Below are positions 1 through 13,206 of a stretch of 64,000 nt of DNA, piece after piece (the first letter of the stretch is position 1; each line of letters starts with the position of its first letter). Location: the NCBI GenBank assembly GCA_016906335.1, contig JADEYG010000002.1, positions 930,001 to 994,000 on the forward strand. The letters are read 5' to 3'. Position numbers and translations under genes: made by a program. The stretch is from Novakomyces olei (lineage: Eukaryota). The notes under the pieces are model-generated. The model was given only the letters and a program-made list of their open reading frames with translations. It had not been told where the DNA came from and did no database searches.

Positions 1-1917
1 ATTGTTGACAGTTTTTACTTTTATTTCAAGACAATGTCACCCACAGGAAGTAGAGAGCCGTGCTCTTTGTCAACAAGCGCCTGCAATTGCGCCTCCTCCA
101 GATCAGGCGTTGGACGAGACAAGGGATTATATAGCTTCAGAGGAATACCAGAATATATCAGCAAACTTTTTGGCGGAAGCTGTACGCTTACCCACAGTGT
201 AAAGATGACTTTTCAGCTGTTTGCGTTACTAATAGCCAAGTGCCTATGACGATTTGGGACCTGTGGGCAAGGATCCACGATGGGACATATTTTACAAATT
301 TTCGGATTTCTTGCACGCAAGCTTTCCCGTGCTGTAAGTTTTTATTGGAAATGTACCAATCTAATGAAGGCAAGCCACAGCAATCTGCACTTGGAAAAGG
401 TCAATACCCACGGGTTATTGTACACGTGGAAAGGCTCGAATGATTCTTTGGCGCCTGTCATTTTCATGGTAGGACAGTGTCTGCTTACTCTGAATTTTTA
501 GATTTCCAATGTTGACTACCGAATCCTCATTTTCCGACTTATCATCGGATTCTTTAGTCGTCTTGATTGTTCATTCTTTTTTCCCCTGCATGCCGGCTAT
601 ATACTCGCCTCAGCTGCGCCCTTTCGAACGATACTCTCTAATAACTAGGCTCATCAGGATGTTGTGCCCGTGCCTAAAGAAACATTGGACAAATGGAAGC
701 ATGCACCATTCTCCGGTGACATTGATGGCACTTTAATATGGGGCCGCGGCGCAAGCGATACGAAAAACACACTGATTGCTATTTTCGAAGCGATAGAAGC
801 TCTACTAAAGGCTGGATTTGCGCCACAACGCACGTTTATTCTGGCCTTCGGGTTTGATGAGGAGAATGTGGCTGGGAGCCAAGGGTCTTATCCCATTGCG
901 TCCCGAATTGAACAACTTTATGGGGCTGACTCGGTTGCGCTTTTGCTGGATGAGGGTTCTTCTTTTGACGAACTATATGGTCAAGTGTTTGCGCTTCCGG
1001 CTACTGCAGAAAAGGGCCATATCAACGTACACAGCACACTAAACACGCCCGGTGGCCATTCAAGCATACCTCCTGACCATACTGGTATTGGTATAATTGC
1101 GGGTAAGGATGCTTTTAGCATTATTATGGATTTGTACTAACTATTTACTATTTTCTTTATCCAAGATTTTGTACATTTACTCGAGTCAAGTCCGTACAAG
1201 ACCAAATTGATAGAGGAGAATCCTTTGTATTCTACGGCTCAGTGTATTGCAGCGAAATCACCAGATGCACCCAATGAATTGCTCAAGTTGGTGCGTCGTA
1301 ATGACAAAAAGTCTCTTGCCAAATTTTTCGCCAGTGAATCTCTTGCTAACAAATATTTTCTCACAACTTCTGCTGCTATTGATCTGATACAGGGAGGTGT
1401 AAAAATAAATGCGCTTCCAGAGCAAGTCAGTATTTCTTCAAATCATCGGGTAGCGTTGCACGAGACGCTGCAGGTGGTGCGGGACAAATATATTAGTGCT
1501 GCGCTTATTCTGGCGAAGAATTATAATTTGAGTGTCAATGCCTTTGGGGAGCAAATTGCTCTAGCTGATCCTCAGCGCACGCTGACTATCAAATCAGGAG
1601 GGGAAATTGAAGTGGCCCCAATAACTCCTACTACTCGAGGCGTGGCGGCGTGGGATCTTTTAAGTGGGACTATTCGTCACGTTTTCCCCGAGGCACTTGT
1701 CTCGCCGTACTTGACTACGGGAAACACTGACACCAAAGCTTATCATAACCTTACTCGAAACATCTATCGCTTTGGCCCTACTGGATACGTGCCCCTTACA
1801 GACGGACCGACTGGAGTGCACACCATCAACGAGCGTGTGCCAATTACGTCACACACGAACGCGGTCTTGTTCTATTACCAGTTTGTGAGGAACATTGATG
1901 CCAGCAGTGATATTTGA
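1..1917 (+). CDS. CPS1: Gly-Xaa carboxypeptidase (M20 family, carboxypeptidase S-like); 5'-truncated, multi-exon
   Basis: Spliced ORFs 2-202, 280-501, 664-1140, 1207-1917. M20 motifs: HQDVVPV, IWGRGASDTK, FGFDEE, GGHSSIPP, GGVKINALPE, GNTDTK, HTINE. Confidence 0.88.
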
Positions 1918-2020
1918 TTGGTTGTTGTAGTTTCATATGAAATTTAGAAGATGATTAGACGTAAACTGTCGAGAAGAGGGAGTGGTAATCAATAATAGTT
2001 ACTAAACATGATACTTCATT

Positions 2021-2084
2021 TAAGGGTTTGTTAGGGTTTTTCGTCGACCTTTATTAGCTGTAGTTTATAACCCTAACTAACCCC
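2021..2084. promoter_or_regulatory. Telomere-like TTAGGG motif pair upstream of TFB2
   Basis: TAAGGGTTTGTTAGGGTT (2021-2038) and inverted AACCCTAACTAACCCC (2069-2084). Confidence 0.55.
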
Positions 2085-2312
2085 AATCCTGTTGGGAGAT
2101 GCTGTATATCCTGTACATTAGCAACATGGCGATGGATACACAATAAGTATCGAATTGGTCGTAATTTGATATCGCTCCATACAGCATACTAAAATAAATA
2201 TATGTTAGAGGACATCTATCAACTATCTTGAATCCTGGATAACGATAATGCGTACGTTTTACGAGGGGAAAGGCATTCTGTGATCGGACTCAGCCGTAGA
2301 TAAGCTGCGGAA

Positions 2313-4014
2313 ATGTCTGCATCTAGGACAATTGTAAACTGACCTTTAATCGTACACTTCAAAAGGTTAACCGTTGTTTCAGGATGACTATCTCGATGAG
2401 CTGCCGTCGATAACACACAATCGCCTTTTCCAGAAACCAGCATCATGTCTCGCAGTTTTCCGGCTCCTTACCCCACTGGCAAAGCAGTTAGTCATGTCGC
2501 TTTTATATCTAGAGTCGTCTTTGACGCTTGAAGATTTCGACGCATGGATTCCGAAGAGCAAGCATCTGCTTGCGGACTCGTTAGAGCGATTGAATAGTTT
2601 AGACATTTTCCAGATGCAAAAAGCACGGGTCGTACTGAATAGCAATTTTAAGCAGCATTTGAAGGAGGCTCTCACAGGAAGGTAGGATCCCTGCTCTTTG
2701 ATTCGATTCTCTTTTACTTATTCAATATCTAGTGGTGATGAAGGCTCGTTTGGCAAAGTCTATGACGTACAGGAAAGTAGCCGTGTAGCTCAGGATACCC
2801 TTGAAACGTACGCTGCACAACAATGGGAGAGTATTCTTCAATTTATGGTTGGAACTGGAGTATCAATATTGCCAAGTCAAACCGTCCTGTCACTTTTAGA
2901 GCATAGTGGATTGCTCGTTGATCGGTATGCTAGTTTGTTGTACAAGTTTTATCGCTCAAATGTCTACCAGCTGAATGTGTTTAGAATATTCTAACGAATA
3001 GGTCTGATGGACTCTCGATTACGAATCAAGGATTTCAGTTCTTGCTTCAAGATATAAATTCACAGATATGGACTATATTGTTATTTTATTTAAATCAAGC
3101 CGAAGATTCGGGAATGGATCCGGTAGAAATTCTTCATTGCCTTTTCATGCTTGGATCATTAGAGTTTGGAAAACCGTATGAGACTCGAGGAATGTCAAAA
3201 ACGCAGCTTCAGCTCCTGAAGGATATGAAGGAGTTTGGTATTTTGTATCAACCTGCTCGAGAGACAAGGTTCTTCTATCCCACAAAGCTGGCCACAAACT
3301 TGACTGCAGAGTCAGGTGCAATACACAGGAGATTTGTCCATGGTCATTTGGGTCTGCTCAAAAGCGAATCTGGATCAGATCAAAGTTTTATCATTTTAGA
3401 GACAAATTACAGGCTTTATGCCTACACAGGTAACATCTACGCCGTACTTTGCCTTCTTGCTAACGCATGAGAAAGATTCCATACTGCAGACATCGATTAT
3501 AGGTCTTTTTGCTCATCTCAAAACCCGGTTTCCCAATATGATCTCTGGTGTTCTTAGCCGTGAGAGCATTAGAAGCGCATTGGGCCGGGGAATTACGGCA
3601 GACCAAATAATTGCGTACTTGACAGTACATGCCCACCAGCAAATGAAAAAAAATGTACAGATTTTTTATAGTTTTTTTGTTTCTTTTGGTGCTTCGATAT
3701 TAATTTTATTTTTTATACATTTTTTTTACTTTATATTAAGAGTACAAAGAGTGGCTAATATCTTTTAGAACCCGGTGCTGCCTTCAACTGTTGTAGATCA
3801 AATTCGACTTTGGGAGTTGGAAAAGAACAGATTACAGGCTGCCGAGGGATTTTTACTGCGGGATTTTGGCTCTACTGAAGAGTATGACGGCGTAGCAACA
3901 TACGCAGAAGATATTGGAGTATTGGTTTGGTCTAGCAAAAAGAAGCTTTTTTTGTTTATACATGCGCATGGCATTCACTCTGTATCAGAGTTCATGAAAC
4001 GGCGGAAAAGATAA
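2313..4014 (+). CDS. TFB2: TFIIH core subunit Tfb2/p52, multi-exon
   Basis: ATG 2313, intron 2334-2382. Motifs [69 protein letters not shown]. Confidence 0.93.
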
Positions 4015-4114
4015 CTGTATGCGATATAGATTAATTGTGTTATTTGTCCTGGCTTGACGGTATTGTTTTTTTATTAATATAATCAAATGATATGGTTTGG
4101 CTCTAGCGGCTTGG

Positions 4115-7100
4115 CTATTGTGCACCTTGCTGGAGGCCTTGCTTTTTCTTTGTCATTTCGTAAACATATTGCGATAAATGCTGTACATTCACCATTGATG
4201 TCCCTTGTACTGATTCGTTTACCTTTCGTCTTGAGGGAAACATTTCGCCTGTGACGAGCTCGAGAGTTTTTTCTGGAGCACTGGGCTCTAAGCGCTTAAG
4301 CAGTTGGGAATAGCCGGGATGATTTTCAAACAATGATCTTCGTAATAAGCAGTATAGTCCGCGTCTTGCTAACGACATGGCCCCCGTTGCGAATGAAGAG
4401 TCCGACAAGATGCCGAGAGATTTGGTGCGAGTCATAGAAACGATAATGTCTTAAAAATAAGTCAGTATACTCGCCTGGATCAACAAAATCAATAGCAAAC
4501 AAAGTATCAAACAAAAATCAAATCAAATCATAAAAAATGAATTAAAATATAAATTGAACACAATCGTCCGTGAAACCTTCTTTATTTGACTTACAATCAT
4601 TCGGGCGCAGAACTGAATCAAACGTCGAGATCACAATCGGCGATCCGATAAACGATACTCTTGAGCATCGAGTATTCGCAATGTCGCGAATAAGAGCCAC
4701 CTGTGAAGCGAATGGGGCCAGAATGGTGATTCGCTCACGGGGATAACCCAATAGCCGCATGTATTGATAAAGCGCCACGCAATACTCGGCCTCGCCTAGA
4801 TTTTGGTAATAATTTGGTTGATTCTCAGTTTCTCCTTCGTTTTCAAAATCTTCCACAGCAATAAACTGAGTCGTGTATTTGAATCCTGCATTTGCATTGT
4901 TTCCGAGCCGGCTACTTTCTGCATATAATTCGGGACGAAGCAATTTGCAAATTTCGGGCCGTCTGTTGTATTCAACAACAAGCTCACGGCTGTGCCCTGC
5001 ATCAACTGCACGGGTAAAGAGATTGTTTGCAGAGACAAACTCTAGATCAATAGCCTGAAAGTTACACAGCTTTGGTCGGAATGACTTGGTCCCAAAGAGA
5101 ATCAGCTTGTCTAGCTCGCGTCCAAAGGCTTGAAGTATTGTACAAAGTTCCGCATCCAGAGTTGATGATGAATCCATCAAGACGATATTGTCTACGGCAA
5201 TTTCGAGACTATCGAGTTCGTTATACTACGCATTAGATTCTTAATTTGAATAAAAGAAAAGCTGGAAAAATTCGGGATATTAATAATTAGTTTGTTTATT
5301 GATGGGGGAAAAGCAAAAACAAAAAAAAGAGTTGAACAACTTACGTGAGACCGAATATTCTCCATTGAAATTAAAAGTACGTTGGCCGTAGCTTTCAAGT
5401 AATGCTTGATTTTTTCGTTCATTTGGCGCAAAAGCTCAAACGGCCGCAATGATTCCAACTCAGAAAACATTGTTCCCAGGATAGAGCGAGCCTCTGCTAG
5501 ACCGGCATTGTTTTTGATTTTCTGTTGAACAAACTTTACTACAAATTAGCAGTTGAGCATAATGATAAGAGATACCAATTTGATAATCGTTCTTGGACGC
5601 ATCAGTCTTATTGAACGCAGGCAAAATGTACGATTGATAAAAATACCCAGCCACTTCAATTGAGGCACCGTGATCACCAAGGATTCCCAAGTGTGAGGCT
5701 AACTGCTGTACGGTATTTAAAAGTTTTGCGCTGTGTACCTGCAAATGATATTAGTAATAAAACGTAGGAATGCACGCTTACCTGTAAAGCTCTCAGGCGA
5801 GCATCTATATTTAGCGGATTGTGCTCGTTGTAACTGTTATGGTATAATGCTGTGATTCGGAGTAGATCCACTGTGAAAAAAATTTAGTAATTTATCTGGA
5901 GGGCGATACTTACTTCTATTGTCCAAATTATTGGTAAATGCTTCAACGTCTCTATCCGTGGGGAAGACAACAAGAGAACGCGTCCGTGTTGATTGAAGAG
6001 TTAAGTTTGTCAGTAAACGAGCAGCCAGGAATGTCTTTCCTGTTCCTCCTTCTCCGCAAACAACAGAAAATTTGTTCTCTAGCACAAACTTCAAAGCCTT
6101 CAGCTGAGATGTGTTGAGAAAATGACCAATCTGATTTGAGGGTATGTCGCTTGAAATCATGAGTTTCTTTTCTTTATCTTCTACGACAAAGCCGCTATTC
6201 TCAGCGTCTACAGACTCAGGCACATTCTAGAAAATTCAATGTTAGCAAAAGCTTTGTACATATCAATGGCCATACATAATGTTCATAGACTTGCTTCAAC
6301 TGATTGAGATTGCGGAACTTTTCGTGCAATTGGTAAGACCTCGGGCTATCCGTTGTATCCCCATAATCACCGTATCCCAGTAATATTTCTTTCATATTTG
6401 TCGGAATGGCACATTTGGAAAAACTAACCTGCTCCAACAGCCTCTGCAGTATTATACTGTCCTGTGCGTTTTTAGAAGCCTTTACTACGATATTCATTTT
6501 AGAATATATATCAATGTCGTTTTCGACTAGTAGATTTTTATCCCTTGCATACTGTACGGGATCCAAGGATACACGCATCACCCGATTATTTCCAAGGCGA
6601 GACGGGTCAAACGTATCCGAAGACTCGTCAATTACTCGGTTTCTCGAATCCAATAGTTGATGCACTGTTCCAACTCTAAGCGCTTTGACACCAGCCTCGC
6701 TCGCAAAATTAGGCGATCCAACAGGGAAGGCTCCATGGTCCGGCTTCCATTTACCTTCCAACGTCATGATAAATACAAAGTCTCCCATTTTCAATTTATC
6801 CCACACATCTCTCATGGAGTCGCTCACACCGTTTAAATTGTACTTCAAATCTGCATAAACAAATTGGGGCCAAGTATCACCAACTTTTGGAAGCGCCGCC
6901 TCGATGTTCCTGCGTCTCGTCAACATCAAAAATTCTAGAACCAAAAAAATAAATAAAAACATAACAAAATATAAACAAGATTGAAGTGTTTATAAGACTA
7001 GAGTTGTATAGCTGACTAATGGCATATGACAAGCAATAAAATAGAGACAGGGTCTTTCCAAGATTGAATGCAAAAAAAAAACAGATTTATTTGTCATCTT

Positions 7101-8755
7101 ACGTGATCGGCGATATTTTCATGGCCATGTTGTGCGAGTTGGCCCAAACAGTTGTTCTAGAACTTTGAGCGAAAGTAGGCCGAATCTTGCGCAAGACATC
7201 AACCAGATATTTGCGTAATGTACACTCGGCTCTAAGCTTAAGATAGGCCGATTGCCTTGTTAAAAAGTCTTCATAAAACAAATACTGAGCGGTTGACGTG
7301 AAAGAGCCAAAGGGAAGGTCTCGTTTCTTTTCAAAAGCATTAACAAGGTCGTTCTTGAATAATCCCTGTCTTCGTAAGCATATGAAAGCGGTATAGATAC
7401 ATTGAAAGTACCTCATTTAAGTTTAACCGTAGATCTGCGGGAAAGACTCTGTCCTTGTAGAACAAAACCATGCACGACACAAGAATCTCTTTGTGGCCGC
7501 TCAAAAGAGGTCGCATTGTATCAGAGATATTTAGAACATTGTTTTTCTCATTAATAGTAATCAGCTCCTCGATACTCAGGCCCTCAAAGGCAGTTTGTAG
7601 TTCATTCTGACTAGATGCAAGAGCATAATTTGAAAGAGCGTATACTTTAAGACGGTCAGGAAACAGCTGTAAAAGGTTCCGCTGAAGACTGGAAATATAA
7701 AGTCCGTGAGCTGCGCGATATTCGTTCCTTGGAAGGTACCGCCCATCGACGTCATCCACAGGGATGAAAAGGTACGTCTCGAAAATACAAACCTCATGAA
7801 CAAACTCCGTCCTAAATGTATTAGTTTTGATCAGATAGCATGATTCATACAAATTTTGCTTATACAAAGCCGAGCCCCTTAGAAGCCCCAGAACAGGGAG
7901 ATGCTGAAGTATCTGCCGCGTGTATCGAGATGTAGGAAACTGGTAGAGAAGAATATTTAACAGACGCACAACAGATACAATGAATTTTTGTTGAGTACTG
8001 GTTGTATTCTCAGACGCGTAGAGAAGCGAGCAGACCGAAGAGCATAGCTGAAACAGCCAATTAGTAGGAAACTCTTGGACTTCACGTTGCCGGCGGCCGG
8101 CAGCACTTTGTTTCTTTTGAGCAGCTCTAAATGCCTTTCGTACGGCAGGAACTTTTTGTAGCTTGCTTTCAAGTAGAGGTGCGGGTAGATGCTTCAGCAC
8201 TAGCGCCGACACGTACGGCGCACAGGCTCTTCCCACAGAAGCATGAGCAAGACAAAACTGAAATTGCACTGATAAAAACTCAACAAATTGCTGACGCAGA
8301 AATAGATCAATCTCATCGTTTATCGAATTGGTCGCTGCATACTCAAAAACAGTGCCTATTTCTTCAGCCGAAACGTAGGCATCTAGTTGTGTTAACGGTT
8401 TATCATAAAAGCGAAACGTACCTAGCGACTTTATGCAATTAGCAGCGCGGCCGTTGATAGATAAAATCAAGCCAATTGTGGCGTGTTCATCGCCCAGTGC
8501 AATACGTGGAGCAAATATACTGTGCATTAGCTTTTAGTTAATTGGACAAGCGTACCGACTGCTCAATCCTGAGTCGTAAAGAGCCGATCGCGCGTCATTG
8601 GGACACGTCGACTGCTGGCCGATTTTCGCTGCTTCTGCACAGATAGTCGAGCCCTTTTCAGAGTCGGCTGCTACTTGCAGCGATTCAGTACATAGTCGAT
8701 TTATCGAAATCCGTGTCGCTTCGGCAGCATTGTCGCGGGAGCCAGTCGCAACCAT
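4115..8755 (-). CDS. cwf11: Intron-binding spliceosomal helicase Aquarius (Cwf11), divergent, multi-exon
   Basis: YQNLGEAEYCVALYQYMRLLGYP hallmark, P-loop GGTGKT, AMSLARRGLY, RVSLDPVQY. Start codon is approximate. Confidence 0.88.
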
Positions 8756-8860
8756 TGCGCGAGACTGTGTGTCATGTGCTCTACTATTATTTTCAACAAA
8801 CAAATCAATCTATACTAGACAAGAAAAAATATTGTTTTAGATCCAAATTTGAGATTTTAT

Positions 8861-8878
8861 TTAGGGTTAGTTAGGGTT
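8861..8878. promoter_or_regulatory. TTAGGGTTAGTTAGGGTT motif in the divergent cwf11/THOC1 promoter
   Basis: 18-mer is the exact reverse complement of the copy at 14376-14393. Confidence 0.6.
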
Positions 8879-8989
8879 TAAAGTATTTGCTCTGGAGTAA
8901 ATGGATAGCCTAGATGGTTCAATAGAAATTACCTTGGCTCGTACTCTTTGATATACGCTTTAGCCTTTGGCAAATGCTCTTTCCGCAAT

Positions 8990-11361
8990 ATGAGCATTGC
9001 TGACGTGGATGCAGCAGTAGCATCGTGTATCAGCCAATCGACCAACGCTTTACTCTCCCAAGATATCGGCAATTTTGACGAGAGCTGTATCAACAATATT
9101 TTGAGTTCCGATGCTGTGAAACATTTGCGCGAATCATCAAATCAAGAACTCAAATTCTTCGTAGAGAATGCGTTTCGTGGTCGATTATGTGCTTCTGTAG
9201 TATGTGCATTTCTGCTTTGCTTTTATTTGTACTAATTTGCAGAGCGATGACCAACCGCGTGCTGATAAAATTATAAACTATTTTGGCATCATGGATGCAA
9301 CATTTCCCTTTGTCTACCACGGTAAGGAGAGCGGTACGGTTTGTAACTAACGAGCGAGATTTGTGTGACGAGTCTTTAACTCTTTTATTGCTGGAGGACT
9401 GTGTTGGTATTCATTTAATAGAGGAATGCGAGCAACTGTTCTCTTATCTTGAAACACGACGCGACCCCTTGACACGAAATATCAGTGGTGCTCGGGGTCG
9501 TGGGCTCGTTCTTTTAAGATTATGCAATGATTTAGTACGGCGTTTATCAGTAGCTGAGAATGCCGGATTTAGAGGACGAATTTTGGTCTACTTGGCCCAA
9601 GTGTTTCGCCTGAGCGAACGCAGTGGTGTTAATTTAAGGGGAGATTATCACACGGAAAACAAGACGATTGTCGAACCTGCGCAGACTGCACCGGCAATCG
9701 AGCCAGGAAATGAGTCATCCACAGAGCCAATAGTAGACAATACTGAGCAATTAACAGCTGAGCCAGCGACTGAGACTTTATCAAGGGAGCAGTCGTCAAT
9801 AAACGACTCGGGAACCCCTTCATCCCAAATGCAGGGCTCTGTTGAACATGGTGAATTGCAGGAAGCGACTCCAAGTGAAACTGAGCCGGCCGATTTTTAC
9901 GAAGTTTTGTGGGCACTACAAGAATTCTTTTCAAATCCTCCCGTCTTATACTCTGAACCGGAAAGGCTGTCTTGGGTACACAAGTCTATAAATACGGTTC
10001 TTGATCGATTTGATCAAGTTCGGTCGTCGACGAATTTCATTTCTACGAATTTATCAAACACAAAGGGTTTTTCCGACAAGATTACGCCGAAATATCTCAG
10101 CAATCGGGAGCTTTTAAATTTAGAGGTAATTTTATTTTTTATTATATTTTTATGATATCCGTTTTCGATATTCGGTATAATAAATTACAATATTTATACG
10201 ACGGCGTATCTGTTAACACTTTAGGTATTTGATGCCACATTCCAGGTGCAAGTATCCATACAGATATTGATACTTCTCGAGCATTTGAGATCGCTTACGG
10301 CTGAATATAAGTCTCGCTGGTCCGAGATTACAACACCAAACCGATCTGTCCTTGTAGCCTTTACTTTACCCGAAGGAGATAAAGAATGGATTGAATCCAT
10401 GATAGACAAGACAAATACTTTGTTGCGGAACACACTTTATAGCGTTAATGGGAGGTATGATCAACTAGTGTCATGCGAACTAGAGAGCGATGCACGGTGG
10501 GTCAAATGGAAGCAAGAAAACTGCCCTGCTGTGGAACTGCCCAGGTTTGATGTACAAGCGCTCACAGTCGCTCAGAACAAAAGTCTTCCCCAATCTCAGC
10601 CAGTTTTAAAATCGTATTGTTTCCCCATGGGAACATCGACTCTGGCACGTTTGTGGGATCATGGCAGCCCTGCATCGATGGCCGAGTTAAAAGACCACAA
10701 ATTTTACGCTGTGCCAGACATTGAAGAGTTTCTTGAAGCAGTTAAACGCGACTCTGAGCTGCTTTCTAGTGAAAAAGATCCACCTTCGGCATCAGATCGA
10801 ATGAGTCTTGTTGAATCTCGAGCGAGCAACGAGTGGCGTGCTCTGCGTGTTGCCAGCAAAACTGATCTCGCAGTTTTCAAAAACATAGGGGACGGGAGCC
10901 TTTTGCTGCTTTTTGAGGCCAAGAGCAAGTTAGCAGATGCCACGGAAATGGCTGCCAAACAAACGGAGCAACAGAGCGATCAACAAGAAGACAGTGAAAT
11001 ACTGGCAACTGATGCTGAAATCGAAAACGGTCATTCTCCAAGCACAACAAAGGCAAATGAAGCGACGGAGGAGAAAGAGCGCTTGGACTTGAAAGATAGT
11101 AGCGGTACGCGTCTACAACCGACAATTGAAAATGGTGAAAAGGACAAGACTTTGCATGATCAAGAGCCAATTAGTGTGCAGTCTGTGTCGGAACCGGTCG
11201 ATGAAAAGACAGGAGACGAACCCAAATCTGCTTTTGTCGATAACAGTCATGAAAATGTTTCGCATTCTCCTCAAACGCTGCATGCTAAACGGAGAGCCTC
11301 GGAAGATGCGGAAAATACTACACCGACTAAACGGTCAAAGACATCGGCAACAGAAGGCTGA
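8990..11361 (+). CDS. THOC1: THO complex subunit 1 (THOC1/Hpr1), multi-exon
   Basis: LLRLCNDLVRRLS...FRGRILVYLAQVFRLSERSGVNLRGDY, PKYLSNRELLNLE, WVKWKQENCP, EWRALR. Confidence 0.9.
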
Positions 11362-11390
11362 TCAAAACAAAATTGTATAGTCAAAAAAGA

Positions 11391-12329
11391 TTAGTTATTA
11401 AGCTGTTGCTGCAATTTTTTAAGGTGCTCTTGTACTCCCTCGTACCCTTCCGGTACAGCTTGCTGTAACTTCTCAGCTGGGTCGTCCATTTCTAGATGGT
11501 CAGAGGCATCAGGAATAAACAAAGGAGCATCAGACGCTCCGCCTGCCTGTGGAGCTGATTGTGCAGGTGCTTTTGTTGGCCGTGCCGGCGGCGAGTTTGC
11601 TGTCGGAGATGATGCTGACACTGGGCCTTGAGCACTCTTGATCTCTGTTTGACCGGGCAGAGCTGTTGTAGAATTAGACAAGAAAGGCTTGTTTGTAGCA
11701 TCAAAAAACCGTTGAGCTTTAGTATGACCCCAACCTTCTACGAGTTCAACATCTTGTGGCAGAGCATTGACAGCGCGACGAACTGACCCAAAATTGGCTG
11801 CCAGGCTTACTGCATCAGTCCTGTTTACTCCACGCACAGCTGTGAAGGCGTCTTGCAGCCGACTGGCATAGTCAGTCGCATGGTTTTCCATAATAGCCGT
11901 GGGTGGAGCATGCTCGTAGCTCTTAAAAGTCTCCAAGTAACGAGCTGCTTCTGCTGGTGTCCAAGCCAAGAATAGTGTAAATCTATTAACAATACACGTT
12001 TTGCCCAGTTCGCGTAACGGCTCTTGATGGTGTTCAATATCGACTATTACCAGCAAAATGCGCAATTCAAAGCGAGCGCGGCCCAAAGAGCTCATGCGAT
12101 TGTATATGTACTCCGGATGAAGTCGATGGTATTGCAACGAAAGGAACAGGGCACACGAAGTCGCGCCCACTACGTAATCCGCCAATGTTTCTCCGTATTC
12201 CCATGCGACATTGCGTATATACTGTAGCAATGGGTTACCTTTTTGTCGGGCGTTTACAATAATTGAGTTCCCACCGGCATTGCGAGCCGCGGCTTCACTG
12301 GCCGATTTGCTAGGCGGCAGTTGTTCCAT
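11391..12329 (-). CDS. swi10: ERCC1/Rad10/Swi10 structure-specific nuclease subunit
   Basis: RQKGNPLL, ADYVVGATSCALFLSLQYHRLHPEYIY, EAARYLETFK, HhH region (VRGVNRTDA). Confidence 0.95.
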   Translation of the reverse strand: MEQLPPSKSASEAAARNAGGNSIIVNARQKGNPLLQYIRNVAWEYGETLADYVVGATSCALFLSLQYHRLHPEYIYNRMSSLGRARFELRILLVIVDIEHHQEPLRELGKTCIVNRFTLFLAWTPAEAARYLETFKSYEHAPPTAIMENHATDYASRLQDAFTAVRGVNRTDAVSLAANFGSVRRAVNALPQDVELVEGWGHTKAQRFFDATNKPFLSNSTTALPGQTEIKSAQGPVSASSPTANSPPARPTKAPAQSAPQAGGASDAPLFIPDASDHLEMDDPAEKLQQAVPEGYEGVQEHLKKLQQQLNN

Positions 12330-13206
12330 GCTCTATTAATAGTCAATCATGCTTTAAAAGGTACATTGATCAGCCGGATGAAGAATTAGAGAGTATATAG
12401 ACGCTTAGATTTCCCCTGCAGCGTTTTCAGTCTAGTATACGGCCAAACCTCCAACGTGTGCTCGGCTAATGAGTCTTGAGCCGGTACATATTTCGACCTG
12501 TACGTGCTCTACGCCGTAGGTTTGGTCATGCTCGTGTTAGTTGACCCTAACCCTGAAATGATCAAGACGGTAATTTTTGCTGTTAGGGTTATTATAAGAA
12601 GCCATATCGGATTTGTCCAGTCGGCTAGGGTTATCTCGATTAACGCCAATTGAGAATTCATATTCAGTTGCACATATTGCGCGCTGACTTGGTGGCTGCA
12701 CATTTGGCCGTGCAATTAAACACGTATTACTGGTACTATTCATACCTTGACTTTGAAAGAAATATCTCTACGAATGAAACCGACCGATACTGGCAATTTT
12801 TAAATTAACATTAGTTAAATGTTTGATCAACTCATAAGTCTTCCTAGTGAACACTCTCAGGCAAACATAATGCTGAACAAAAAGCGCGAATTAAAATTTA
12901 GCATATTACAGTTCCAGCATTTGGCAATTACGCATATTACTAATTCAAGGAGCAGCATGTGTGCAAATCACGAGATTATCATCTATTTACGTCAAAAAAG
13001 CGTGCTGGAAGCAAAAATTAAATCATATTAATACCAACAAATTTATCCTCCAAAGGATTTATATTTTCAACCGTAAGAAATCATAATAATACCAGCCAAC
13101 CAATACTGAAGTTTACCGCGCTATAACATTATCGTCGACATGACGTTTTCCCGAAAGTCTTTAGCAGTGTTGAGAAAACTTATTCGCCTGTCAATATCCA
13201 TCAAAT

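Noticed and set aside
12544-12944. Telomerase RNA gene (template-like ACCCTAACCCT after a stem, Sm-like site, ATAAGT and TACTAAT downstream)
   Set aside because: The putative template would pair with TTAGGGTTA 30 nt downstream. No pseudoknot or CR4/5 was recognised, the space is short for a fungal TER, and similar motifs occur in many promoters here. Not fully excluded without a covariance search.
13085-13097. ATAATACCAGC resembling the fungal TPP riboswitch 3' hairpin
   Set aside because: Lacks the CTGAGA and GATCTGG elements, and no thiamine gene is nearby.
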